A DNA stretch of 45,976 bases from Candidatus Hodarchaeota archaeon (GCA_029856365.1 JAHQWW010000022.1:1-45976), one strand, 5' to 3'; shown: positions 36,342 to 45,603, counted from the first letter of the stretch. Numbers and translations: made by a program. Notes: a model not told the origin generated them from the sequence alone.

Positions 36342-37256
36342 TTAATTTATATGAAGCATTTTTATGAGGCTTTTCATGGGACGGGATATTTCTGTACGAA
36401 AAACGCGAAAACTAACGTGTTGGAGCTCTATATGAGGGGGATTGGAAGGAGATCGAATTTCTATAACATCTAAATATCTTCTATATATTTTCAAACCTGC
36501 CAAATTAACATCCTGTGGATATTCTAATGCGAAGCGATCTTCATCAAGTCGCACATTCACTGTACCTAAATACATCTTTGCTGAACTCGAAATTGCGTCA
36601 GAAATCATAAGGATAAGTTCACCTGCATCAGGAAGTCGTGGAAGTGTTGCCTTGAACCGTGCTGCAGGATCCTTACCTCCCAAGATTGGATGATAGTACG
36701 AATCAAGAGGCATAAAAGTTTTCTCCTGTACAATACCCCCTTTGGCACGATGTCCATTGATCTCTATTGAGATGTCTTCTTGTACCACATCAACTAGTGT
36801 TCGATCACTGTCTGTTAAAGCATGGGTCCGCTCAGCAGGGAAAGGATAAAGAAAATCAGCCTCCTTTAAAAGAATTTCAGTTATCCACAGCTTCTCTTTA
36901 TAGATTATTGCTAAATTCATGGTAGCTGGATCCTGAAGGAGAAGTAACTCAGGACTCTTCATCCTACTTATTGCTGCAATGCTCGTGCTTCTCATTCCTC
37001 CCACCTTATCCACAAGAGTATGGAGGATAGCTGGTACTATTATCTTATCTTGGTATTGGATGTTCTTTATTTCGCTATCGATGACAAGAGGATCTTCTTC
37101 GGGAACGTTATAAGCATGATGAATCCAAACATCTCCCTTCACAGCGAAGCGCCGTTGAATATTTTCTAATAATGATTTTCGGCCGGGAAAAGATAAATCT
37201 TCGTGATCTTCAAGGAGTTTTTTTCGAGGATTTACTTTAGGTAATTTTTCCTCCAT
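36342..37256 (-). CDS. Hypothetical protein
   Basis: 304-aa ATG ORF with AGGA SD. No motif recognised. Confidence 0.75.
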   Translation of the reverse strand: MEEKLPKVNPRKKLLEDHEDLSFPGRKSLLENIQRRFAVKGDVWIHHAYNVPEEDPLVIDSEIKNIQYQDKIIVPAILHTLVDKVGGMRSTSIAAISRMKSPELLLLQDPATMNLAIIYKEKLWITEILLKEADFLYPFPAERTHALTDSDRTLVDVVQEDISIEINGHRAKGGIVQEKTFMPLDSYYHPILGGKDPAARFKATLPRLPDAGELILMISDAISSSAKMYLGTVNVRLDEDRFALEYPQDVNLAGLKIYRRYLDVIEIRSPSNPPHIELQHVSFRVFRTEISRPMKSLIKMLHIN

Positions 37257-37455
37257 TGCAAATAATTCCTAGTTTTGTTAGTTAAAAAGGCTGCCAAAAG
37301 ACCTATCTACAATTCAATCTAGTGACTTTTTTTCTATATTAGTATTAATTTAATTTAAATAAAGTTGATCTAAATCATGTTTTATCGTATAAAAATGGAA
37401 TCTATTGATAAAAAACATTATTCTAATGATTTAGGCTTTTTAAAGGAACTAGATT

Positions 37456-38679
37456 TTAAAATTTGATCACTCGGGTTGGCACAAATCGTGCTACTCTTTT
37501 TCCTAACTCAAGACGGTCGACTAATGGTAAGATTTCGGTTGGATCGCGATAACCATACTCCAATGCTTCTATATTTTGGATGATCATTTGACTTTCCATC
37601 GGAGCATCAGTTAATTCAAAATAGATTACGCCATCTAATACAACAGATCGTACTGTAGAAAAGGGGTATATTAACGAATAACCCCCTCCATGCGGAAGGA
37701 GGTTAGCCTGTTTCAGGAAATCAAAATGCCCCATATTTTTAGCTCGTTGATACTGATTATTAGTCCAATGTTGCTTCTTAATATTTGTTTGACCCTCATA
37801 AAGATAAATAAAGGAATACCCATTGAATGCTAAGGGAAAAAGGGGTAAATTTTTTTCTCCACTCTGGTTTATTGAGTTATATAGACCAAGTCTCATAACA
37901 TAATAGTTGTTTTCTTGATAGTATCCTTGATGCGTGGGATTAGCAATACAGTTGATGTTATGTTCACCAAAAAGTTCAGTTGCAATGGATGTCCGCTTTT
38001 TCTTGCTATAAACTTCTACTTTCTGGAAGAATCTAAGGTACTCCTTTAATGACTCATCAGTAAGCCCTCCAATAGTACCAAAGGGAGTATCAACCTTTAT
38101 GAATTCTTTCTCATTCCAATGACTCAAACGTTCGGTTTGTACTTGTTGTGATGAATGTATAAGAACATAATTGCCTTGAGATAACCATTCGTTATATTGA
38201 GAATAATTTGGACTTACTCCATCCAACCTGAGAATGTCAATAAAGTGGTTTGATTTCCAGACATCCCACTTTCCTTGTTGATTCCCAATAGGCACCCCCT
38301 CTTTCTTCAGTTTATTTAACTTTCTTATTAACTCAGGTAACAATGGCATGTTATCAATTCGGTATAATCCAAAGCCACAACCGTTCGGGTGGAGTAAGCT
38401 AGGAAAAATATAGTCTTTAGTAGCGACTACGCATCCATAACCAACGCCCTCATTGAATCTTGCTATATTTCTTGTTACGCTCCCATCAGGGCCAAACGTG
38501 ACAATCGCACTTGAATCAAGGCCTAACTCCTGAAAAAACAATTTTATCTTCGCTAGTCCAATCGACATAACCTCTTTTGCCAATTGACAGGTCAGATCGT
38601 TTGTTGCCCAAGAATATAGTTCCTTTCGCGCTTCTTTCAGTAATTTGGTTAGAATCGAATCACTTTTCATCATAAGCAC
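37456..38679 (-). CDS. Divergent RtcB-fold protein (RNA 3'-phosphate ligase-like)
   Basis: Colinear RtcB-like motifs GPD, HPNGCG, SNHF, IHSS, THQG, PHGGG, YGYRD and VARFVPTRVIK. The start may be ATG 38673 or 38670. Confidence 0.75.
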   Translation of the reverse strand: MLMMKSDSILTKLLKEARKELYSWATNDLTCQLAKEVMSIGLAKIKLFFQELGLDSSAIVTFGPDGSVTRNIARFNEGVGYGCVVATKDYIFPSLLHPNGCGFGLYRIDNMPLLPELIRKLNKLKKEGVPIGNQQGKWDVWKSNHFIDILRLDGVSPNYSQYNEWLSQGNYVLIHSSQQVQTERLSHWNEKEFIKVDTPFGTIGGLTDESLKEYLRFFQKVEVYSKKKRTSIATELFGEHNINCIANPTHQGYYQENNYYVMRLGLYNSINQSGEKNLPLFPLAFNGYSFIYLYEGQTNIKKQHWTNNQYQRAKNMGHFDFLKQANLLPHGGGYSLIYPFSTVRSVVLDGVIYFELTDAPMESQMIIQNIEALEYGYRDPTEILPLVDRLELGKRVARFVPTRVIKF

Positions 38680-38756
38680 TTTTCTTTAAGGCCATTAGGA
38701 ATTAATACTAATTTCAGCGTTACTTCTCAAAGGTTTTGGCTAATCTCAATTACTAT

Positions 38757-40373
38757 TTAGTATCCATTTACTTGTCCGTCTTTACGGGGATCAGATCCAC
38801 CAATATAACAACCATTTGATGAGTTATAGTGAATGATCTGTCCACCTCCAAAGTTTGTACCAACACAATCTACGATATTGTGTCCTCGTTTCCTTAGTTT
38901 AGCTCTAATTTCAACTCCAATAGGTTCTTCTATAGCAAGAGTATTTGTTATTTGATCATGATGAAATCTTGGGGAACTAATAGCTGTTTGTGGATCCATT
39001 TCATGTAGAATTAAGTTGAGGAATACTTGAGCTTGGCCTTGAGGTTGATGATGACCTCCCATTACTCCAAAAGAATATAATAACTCATTTTCAGAGGTAG
39101 TTATCAGAGCGGGGATAATAGTGTGAAAAGGTCGTTTTTTAGGCATGTATTGATTGGGGTGACCTTTAATCAACGAAAAACCTGCCCCTCTGTTCTGAAA
39201 AGCTATACCTGTTTGTGGATCTACAACACCAGAACCAAAACCAAAGTAAAGGGAATTAATAAAAGAAACGGCCAGACCATCTTTATCAACCGCGGTCAGA
39301 TACACTGTATCATCCCCCATTTTGAGAGGAGGAGGGATTGGCCTCATTGCTTCTCTAGGATTAATTTGACTAGCGCGGGTTTGAGCATACTCTTCAGAAA
39401 GGAACTTTGTAAGAGGTATTATCATATATTCAGGATCCGCAACATATGCAAACGCATCTGCAAAAGCCAATTTTTTTGCTTCGATTAAATAATGTAGATA
39501 GTCTATTGAATTATGGGGATATTGGGCGATATCTAACTCTTCAAGAATGCTAAGAATGAGGAGAGTTACTAAACCTTGACCATTTGGACCATGTTCCCAT
39601 AATATATTATTATAGATTTCCTGAGATATTGGTGTTGTCCATTCAGCTTTATACTCTGCAAGGTCTAATGCTTGAATAAATCCGTTCTCCTGTTGTAAAA
39701 ACTCAACAATCCGACCAGAGAGTTCTCCTTTATAAAATGTGTCAGCTCCTTGTTTTGCAATGATTTTAAATGTGGAAGCTAACGCTTCTTGTTTGAATAT
39801 TTCTCCTTGAAGTGGAGAACGTTCATTATTAATGAGATATGTTTTTTTACTCCCCTCGTTGCTTGTTATTTTTGGAACCAACTCATTCCACACCTGAGCA
39901 ATAACTGGACTAACTGGAAATCCATCCTGAGCATATTTAATAGCTGGTTGGAGAATGTCTTCCCAGGAAAGATTTCCATAAGTTTCATGGATCATTTCCC
40001 AAGCACTGATTGCTCCAGGCACAGTAATAGGTATTACTCCTGTTATTGGCATTTGAACTAAAGCTAATTCCTCTACAAGATAGTTGTAAGATAATCCCCT
40101 CGGGGAATATCCTGATCCATTAATTGCTTTTGGTGAATTTTCACCTGGAACATATAAGAGAGCAAAAGCATCTCCACCGATTCCTGTTGAAAATGGTTCA
40201 ACGACATTCAATACAGCTGCCATAGCTACAATCGCATCGCAAGCATTTCCACCTGATTGGAGTATATGAATACCAGTTTGAGAAGCTAGTGGTTGAGACG
40301 AAGCTACCATCCCATTACATGCATGTACAGCGGAACGGCCAGAAAGAGGACGCCGCCAAAATTTTACAGCCAT
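38757..40373 (-). CDS. ggt: Gamma-glutamyltransferase family protein
   Basis: GMVASSQPLA, GIGGD, DTVYL (nucleophile Thr), FQNRG, KRPFHTIIP, GVMGG..QPQG and SDPRKDG. Confidence 0.95.
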   Translation of the reverse strand: MAVKFWRRPLSGRSAVHACNGMVASSQPLASQTGIHILQSGGNACDAIVAMAAVLNVVEPFSTGIGGDAFALLYVPGENSPKAINGSGYSPRGLSYNYLVEELALVQMPITGVIPITVPGAISAWEMIHETYGNLSWEDILQPAIKYAQDGFPVSPVIAQVWNELVPKITSNEGSKKTYLINNERSPLQGEIFKQEALASTFKIIAKQGADTFYKGELSGRIVEFLQQENGFIQALDLAEYKAEWTTPISQEIYNNILWEHGPNGQGLVTLLILSILEELDIAQYPHNSIDYLHYLIEAKKLAFADAFAYVADPEYMIIPLTKFLSEEYAQTRASQINPREAMRPIPPPLKMGDDTVYLTAVDKDGLAVSFINSLYFGFGSGVVDPQTGIAFQNRGAGFSLIKGHPNQYMPKKRPFHTIIPALITTSENELLYSFGVMGGHHQPQGQAQVFLNLILHEMDPQTAISSPRFHHDQITNTLAIEEPIGVEIRAKLRKRGHNIVDCVGTNFGGGQIIHYNSSNGCYIGGSDPRKDGQVNGY

Positions 40374-40389
40374 CTTGATATCATCTTCA

Positions 40390-42435
40390 TCATTTATTGT
40401 ATTTTTGAATCCAATCTATGATTCTGTTTATACGATCAATGATATGCCGCGGTTCGCCACTTCGGGAGAGCTCATGGCCATCTCGAGGATAACGGATTAA
40501 TTCTACAGTTTTTCCATATCGCTTTCCCAACCAAAATAGTTGTTCAGCATTAACAACAGGAACCCGAAAGTCATTCTCAGAATGGATTATTAAAAGTGGG
40601 GTTTGTAAGTTCCTAATATGAGCTACAGGAGAATCTTCCCAGATATCTGCAAACCGATCAATAATTTCACCTTCATACTGTTTTTCAAACCAAACAGGAT
40701 TGTCCGTGGTTGTACTAAAAGCCATAAATTCATAAACACCGCGTTGACTGATTGCTGCTTTAAATCGATTGGTTTGGGTAACAAGCCATGAGGTCATGTA
40801 ACCTCCATAACTCCCGCCAGTAACAGCGACCCTATTGGCATCTAAAAATGGATATTTTGCTAATGTAACGTCTAAGAATTCTAGAATATCAGTAGCAGGT
40901 AGATTTCCCCAATTTTTATAAATAGCAGCACGAAAATCAATACCATATCCGTCAGAACCTCTTGGATTACAGAAAACCACGGCATAACCTTTCGAAACAA
41001 GAGTATTCCATTCATGCCACAAAGTCTTCTCATGGGGAGTCCACATTACTGCTGGCCCCCCATGAATCTCTAAGACTACAGGCATTTTTTCATTAGGATT
41101 ATATTCAGGTGGAACTAATAGCCAACCTTGAAAATTGACTCTATCTCTTTCAAAACTAAACTCTTCTACTTTTGCGGGGACATAGGTTGTTAGGTATTTT
41201 TTATTTGCTTCAGTTACTCTCTCTTCACCTGATCCATCAGCTTTACACCAGAAAATATCACTTGGAAATGAAACGTGAGATACCTCGTATGCGATACGAC
41301 TTCCATTTTTTGAAATCGTAAAGCTATTTATATTTCTGTCTCCTTTGACAACCGAGTCTGTTTTTTTTGTGTTAATATCTATCTTGTGGATGTTGATTTT
41401 TCCATCACTTGGACTTAAAAATAGAAGGGTGTCTTCATTAAACCAACGTGATTGAATAGCTGATCGATTATAATTTTTTGTAATACAGACAAAATTACCT
41501 ACCTCATGTTTTTTCACATCAAAGAGAAAGATCTGACTATCGTCATACACGATCTTCTCTTTTCTTATTGCATGAAAAGAAATATATTTTCCGTCTGGTG
41601 ACAATTGAAGATTTTCTATCCCCCGACCATATACCCGACCAATAAATATTTTTTTTGAAGGATCTGAAATATCAACTTCTAGAATCTCTTGTTCTAATGT
41701 AACAGTAGGATCTTCTGCATACTTAGCTATGAAGACTGTCCTATTATCAAGGGAAAATGTCCCTAAGCTAAAATGAAACCCATATTCTCCTATGTGAATG
41801 ATTTTCCTTGGTATTTCTTGTGCATTTTCACAGTCAAATTCTAAAATATGTACAATAAAAGGTTGAGTATAACGACCATCTAAGTAAGACGTGCCTTCCC
41901 TACAGTAGCCATCAGAGATAACTCTTGGATCGGTTTTAATCTCCTTAAGTTCTTCTTTTCTAGATTTATATGCTTTAAATTCTGCAGGTTCTAGTACAAA
42001 AGAGGGAACCTTTTCTTTCTTCTGATTTAAAACCAGTTCTAACTCTTCTTCATTTACACGGGCTATAACATGGATCAACTTACTGTCATGACTCCAACAA
42101 TACCCCAAAACACCCTGTGGAAATTCAGTCACCTGAAAGGCTTCTCCGCCTTGAGTGGACATTATGAACACTTGTGTTCCTTTCTCAGCTCGAGATGAAA
42201 GAAATGCAAGGTATTCACCTGATGGTGAGAATTGAGGGGCCGTATCAACATGAGTTCCAGCAGTAAATTGTTTACATTCGCTTTCTCCAGCAACCTTAAG
42301 GTAAATTGGGCTCTTATATTGATTTTTATTTTGATTTACTTTTTTAACTGGGAACACCAATTTTTTACCATCTGGAGAAATAGCAGGAGAGTATGGGAAT
42401 TTTAGCCATACAAAATCTTCACTCTTGATTGACAT
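40390..42435 (-). CDS. S9 family (acylaminoacyl/dipeptidyl) peptidase with beta-propeller
   Basis: SPDGK repeats, IHGGP, NPRGS.GYG, GGSYGG, HSENDFRVP and GHELSRSG. Confidence 0.95.
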   Translation of the reverse strand: MSIKSEDFVWLKFPYSPAISPDGKKLVFPVKKVNQNKNQYKSPIYLKVAGESECKQFTAGTHVDTAPQFSPSGEYLAFLSSRAEKGTQVFIMSTQGGEAFQVTEFPQGVLGYCWSHDSKLIHVIARVNEEELELVLNQKKEKVPSFVLEPAEFKAYKSRKEELKEIKTDPRVISDGYCREGTSYLDGRYTQPFIVHILEFDCENAQEIPRKIIHIGEYGFHFSLGTFSLDNRTVFIAKYAEDPTVTLEQEILEVDISDPSKKIFIGRVYGRGIENLQLSPDGKYISFHAIRKEKIVYDDSQIFLFDVKKHEVGNFVCITKNYNRSAIQSRWFNEDTLLFLSPSDGKINIHKIDINTKKTDSVVKGDRNINSFTISKNGSRIAYEVSHVSFPSDIFWCKADGSGEERVTEANKKYLTTYVPAKVEEFSFERDRVNFQGWLLVPPEYNPNEKMPVVLEIHGGPAVMWTPHEKTLWHEWNTLVSKGYAVVFCNPRGSDGYGIDFRAAIYKNWGNLPATDILEFLDVTLAKYPFLDANRVAVTGGSYGGYMTSWLVTQTNRFKAAISQRGVYEFMAFSTTTDNPVWFEKQYEGEIIDRFADIWEDSPVAHIRNLQTPLLIIHSENDFRVPVVNAEQLFWLGKRYGKTVELIRYPRDGHELSRSGEPRHIIDRINRIIDWIQKYNK

Positions 42436-42690
42436 CGGGATTCACACTTCGATTTTTGCGTATACTGAAAGCTTCTAGTCTTTCTTAAAATGGTTTTCTG
42501 GGATACGCGTTATAAATAAAACGGAGAACTAAAAAAATCCATCATTGATGATATCTGAAAATGATGTAAATATTCTTATTTCCTTATTTTTCTTTTAAGG
42601 ATAGGCTCTCAAATACAGGGAAGTAAAATAATAAAATCAAGAACTGATTTATATAATAAGTAGTATCTTCATATTAATTTAACTCGAGTT

Positions 42691-42927
42691 TTGGTGGTTT
42701 TTGTAGTAGTGAAATTACTTACAAAAGAGGAAAAACCTTTTTTTCTTATCCTTGCTTTCCTTTTAAGCCTAATGGCTACAATATGCTCTATAATATTTTT
42801 TTTCGCCTCCCAAGAACCTCTTCAAAAGTTCTTTAGTTTGATTTTACTAATTATCAGCTTTTTCTCGACTATTGCATCACATTTACTGGGTCAAAGATAC
42901 TACACTGCAAAAAAAACAGTCCACTGA
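42691..42927 (+). CDS. Small 2-TM membrane protein
   Basis: Two hydrophobic helices and an upstream TTTATATA at ~42648. Start uncertain (TTG 42691 or GTG 42709). Confidence 0.5.
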   Translation: MVVFVVVKLLTKEEKPFFLILAFLLSLMATICSIIFFFASQEPLQKFFSLILLIISFFSTIASHLLGQRYYTAKKTVH

Positions 42928-42946
42928 CTCAGAAACGTTCTTTACG

Positions 42947-43429
42947 CTAGTTATCTGATGTATGAGTCTTCAACCATTCTTCTCGTAATGTAAGAATCTG
43001 CTCTTTCCGAGCTTGACATTTTCCCTTAGAGTGAATGTAGATTATCACACCAGTTGGATCTCGAATAGTAGTAAATTTATCATCATCTATGAGCTCCCCG
43101 CATACAATACATGTCATACGTTGTATTGGCTTTTTAACAATAGTTGCTCCTTGGACTTTCTGTTCTCTTTGGGTAAGATGTCTTAGTTCGTTGCTTCGCA
43201 CTTCTTGTATTAAATCTAGAGTGGTAGTCCTAGTTCTATCAAAATCATCAACATCAAAGACAACAGAATCCGTAATACGTTTTTTAACTCCTTTCTTAAT
43301 TGCTTGAGACAACTTGTAAGAAAAGAGAGGACATGCTACAAAGTGGCATTGGGTTTCTTTTGACCAATAGGTACACCATTGGTTATCCCGATATATGCAT
43401 GTCTTACGAATCTTATTGAATTCCTTCAT
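42947..43429 (-). CDS. Hypothetical protein with two Cys/His metal-binding motifs
   Basis: N-terminal C-x7-C-x8-C-x4-C and C-terminal CIVC...H-x4-C. Confidence 0.7.
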   Translation of the reverse strand: MKEFNKIRKTCIYRDNQWCTYWSKETQCHFVACPLFSYKLSQAIKKGVKKRITDSVVFDVDDFDRTRTTTLDLIQEVRSNELRHLTQREQKVQGATIVKKPIQRMTCIVCGELIDDDKFTTIRDPTGVIIYIHSKGKCQARKEQILTLREEWLKTHTSDN

Positions 43430-43761
43430 TTCTTTGTTATCTTTTATTCCTTAATTTAAAAATTTTATCGAATCATATTAGAAGGCACTTTTCTTCTTCT
43501 ATGTTTTTATTTACAAAATCAAGAGGGAAAGGAGAGTATTATATCGGAATTTCATATCTTATCCCATATTAATTTTACTTGTGTTTTTGTTGTTTTTTCC
43601 TATTTAATTATGCAAAACAAAAATTCCCCGAAAATTCGAATTGAAGGTCTAGACAGCTTTTCGGAGTCTTTCTGGATAATGGTTTAAAGCGAAAAGCTTT
43701 TGAGAGAGAAAAATATATATTCGCTTGTTTTGGGATATATTTTTGAATTTGAGTGACAATA

Positions 43762-44208
43762 ATGTCTGAAAGTGATTTGTTAAATAAACTGAAAGCCATA
43801 GATTTCCAGATTACTCCTAGTGCGCTTGAAGTTATTAAAAACAGCCATATGCAAATTAATGACCTTCTTACAGGCATTAAGCGCTCTTGGAAAAGCAAAG
43901 AAAAAGTCATTACAGTGAAAGAGGCTATCAATCTAATTCTGGACTCTAGACATGCAGGAATTGCAAGAGAAATCACTTCGGAAATAAAAGCTCATGAGAA
44001 ATTTATCCCCATTCCAAGACGACTCAGACGTACTTATACGATCCTCAAACGATTCGAGAAACCTGTAACAGCAGGGTATATTGCTCGAATTACTCATCGG
44101 AAGAAAGCTACAGAGAAAATCTATCTTAATCAATTGGTGGCTGACGGTTTTGCGAAAAAGGAGCATTCGAGGAATAAAATCGTATTTTCTCCCATATCGA
44201 ACCTCTAA
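43762..44208 (+). CDS. Winged-HTH protein with N-terminal PolD DP1-N-like helical domain
   Basis: C-terminal LRRT...VTAGYIARITHRKKATEKIYLNQLVADGF.KK...KIVF wHTH, and N-terminal FQITPSAL...VIT...A. ATG 43762 with GAGTGA SD. Confidence 0.72.
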   Translation: MSESDLLNKLKAIDFQITPSALEVIKNSHMQINDLLTGIKRSWKSKEKVITVKEAINLILDSRHAGIAREITSEIKAHEKFIPIPRRLRRTYTILKRFEKPVTAGYIARITHRKKATEKIYLNQLVADGFAKKEHSRNKIVFSPISNL

Positions 44209-44268
44209 CCCGGAAATAATTAAGTATATACCAAATTATTTCTGTTATTAGCTAGAAATGGTGTTTTA

Positions 44269-45018
44269 ATGTATAAGATCGTCCTTCTTCGCCATGGTGA
44301 GTCTATTTGGAATAAAACTGGTCTTTTCTCTGGCTGGACTGACGTAGATTTATCAAATAAGGGAATTGATGAAGCTAAACAAGCTGGTCAAGTACTTAAA
44401 GATGGAAATTATGTTTTTGACATAGCATATACATCAGTTCTCAAAAGAGCCATCCGAACCTTGTGGATTGTCTTGGATGAAATGAACTTAATGTGGATCC
44501 CAGTTCATCGCTCGTGGAGATTAAATGAAAGGCATTATGGAGCTCTTCAAGGACTTAGTAAAGCTGATACTGTTACAAAACATGGTGAGAAACAAGTTTT
44601 AATTTGGAGAAGGAGTTATGATACCCCTCCTCCCTCTTTAAAGAAGAATGATGAACGCTATCCTGGTAACGACCCAAAATATCATAGCTTAGATGATCAT
44701 GAGATTCCATTAACAGAATGTCTAAAAGATACTGTTGCTAGAGTTCTTCCTTATTGGTACGAAGTTATACTCCCTACTATTAAATCTGGTAAAAGAATTT
44801 TGATTTCTGCTCATGGAAACAGTCTTCGTGCTTTAATAAAATACTTAGAGGATTTATCAAATGACGAAATCTTGAGACTCAATATACCAACGGGAATACC
44901 ACTTGTTTACGAGCTTAATGAGCGTATTCAGCCAATTAAACATTACTATCTCGGGGATCCAGAAGAAGTCAGAAAAGCGATTAAAAAAGTAACAAACCAA
45001 GGAAAAGCTAAGAAATAG
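44269..45018 (+). CDS. gpmA: 2,3-bisphosphoglycerate-dependent phosphoglycerate mutase
   Basis: [42 protein letters not shown] and IPTGIP. Confidence 0.97.
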   Translation: MYKIVLLRHGESIWNKTGLFSGWTDVDLSNKGIDEAKQAGQVLKDGNYVFDIAYTSVLKRAIRTLWIVLDEMNLMWIPVHRSWRLNERHYGALQGLSKADTVTKHGEKQVLIWRRSYDTPPPSLKKNDERYPGNDPKYHSLDDHEIPLTECLKDTVARVLPYWYEVILPTIKSGKRILISAHGNSLRALIKYLEDLSNDEILRLNIPTGIPLVYELNERIQPIKHYYLGDPEEVRKAIKKVTNQGKAKK

Positions 45019-45216
45019 GCCTTGGTTGGATTCTAAAAAATTTTTCTCTGACTTTTGTTCAAAAATAAGGAAACTCATACCTGACTAGGACAAAATAACT
45101 TCATTGGGGAAGAATTGAATCTTCTCCTCTTATCCCGTATCTGTCTTAATTTTCATTATTTATTCGCGCTACCAAGAGGCCTATCATGATGTGCCCCACC
45201 ATACTAGATTTAAAGT

Positions 45217-45342
45217 GAGGAGTACGAGGAAAAAACGACCGTGGTATGGTAAGATTTATAAAGGAGAGAAAATTTTGCTTACATATGTGAGTTGCAATAC
45301 AAACTCACGACCATTATCTCACGAGAAAAGGTGAAATTAAAA
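45217..45342 (+). promoter_or_regulatory. Histone promoter and 5'UTR cassette, copy 1
   Basis: GAGGAGTACGAGGAA (45217-45231), TATA box TTTATAAA (45255-45262), GTGAG-N12-CTCAC (45287-45308), and SD AGGTG 9 nt before ATG 45343. Confidence 0.75.
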
Positions 45343-45546
45343 ATGGCTGGTTTTGCAAGAGCAAGAATTGAAAAACTTATTAGAACTGCTGGTGCACATA
45401 GAGTGTCAGCTGGGGCAATTGAACGCCTGAATGAAATATTAACTGATTATGGCACCACTGTTGCTAAATATGCTGTTGAGATTGCTCAACACTCTGGCCG
45501 TAAGACTGTAAAAGAATCCGACAATAAACTCGCAGCAACAAAATAA
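45343..45546 (+). CDS. Archaeal histone (HMf-type, 67 aa)
   Basis: RIEKLIRTAGAHRVS...AVEIAQHSGRKTVKESD.KLA histone-fold signature. SD spacing supports ATG 45343. Confidence 0.95.
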   Translation: MAGFARARIEKLIRTAGAHRVSAGAIERLNEILTDYGTTVAKYAVEIAQHSGRKTVKESDNKLAATK

Positions 45547-45572
45547 GGAATCTAGTAGTCTAGCGGCAATTT

Positions 45573-45603
45573 GAGGATGATTTCCTCTTTTTCCCCCTTT
45601 TTT
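45573..45603 (+). terminator. Probable histone terminator (short hairpin plus oligo-T tracts)
   Basis: GAGGA-TGATT-TCCTC followed by TTTTT CCCCC TTTTTT, 26 nt after the stop. Confidence 0.55.

Noticed and set aside
45292-45342. Lys-containing N-terminal histone tail (MQYKLTTIISREKVKLK) from the TTG-start 84-aa ORF
   Set aside because: The SD AGGTG lies 9 nt before ATG 45343, and the extension coincides with the 5'UTR cassette that is duplicated as non-coding sequence downstream.
45573-45587. Eukaryote-like histone 3' stem-loop
   Set aside because: It has a 5-bp stem and 5-nt loop with no match to the GGYYYUUUUHARRRCC consensus. It is better explained as a terminator with T-tracts.
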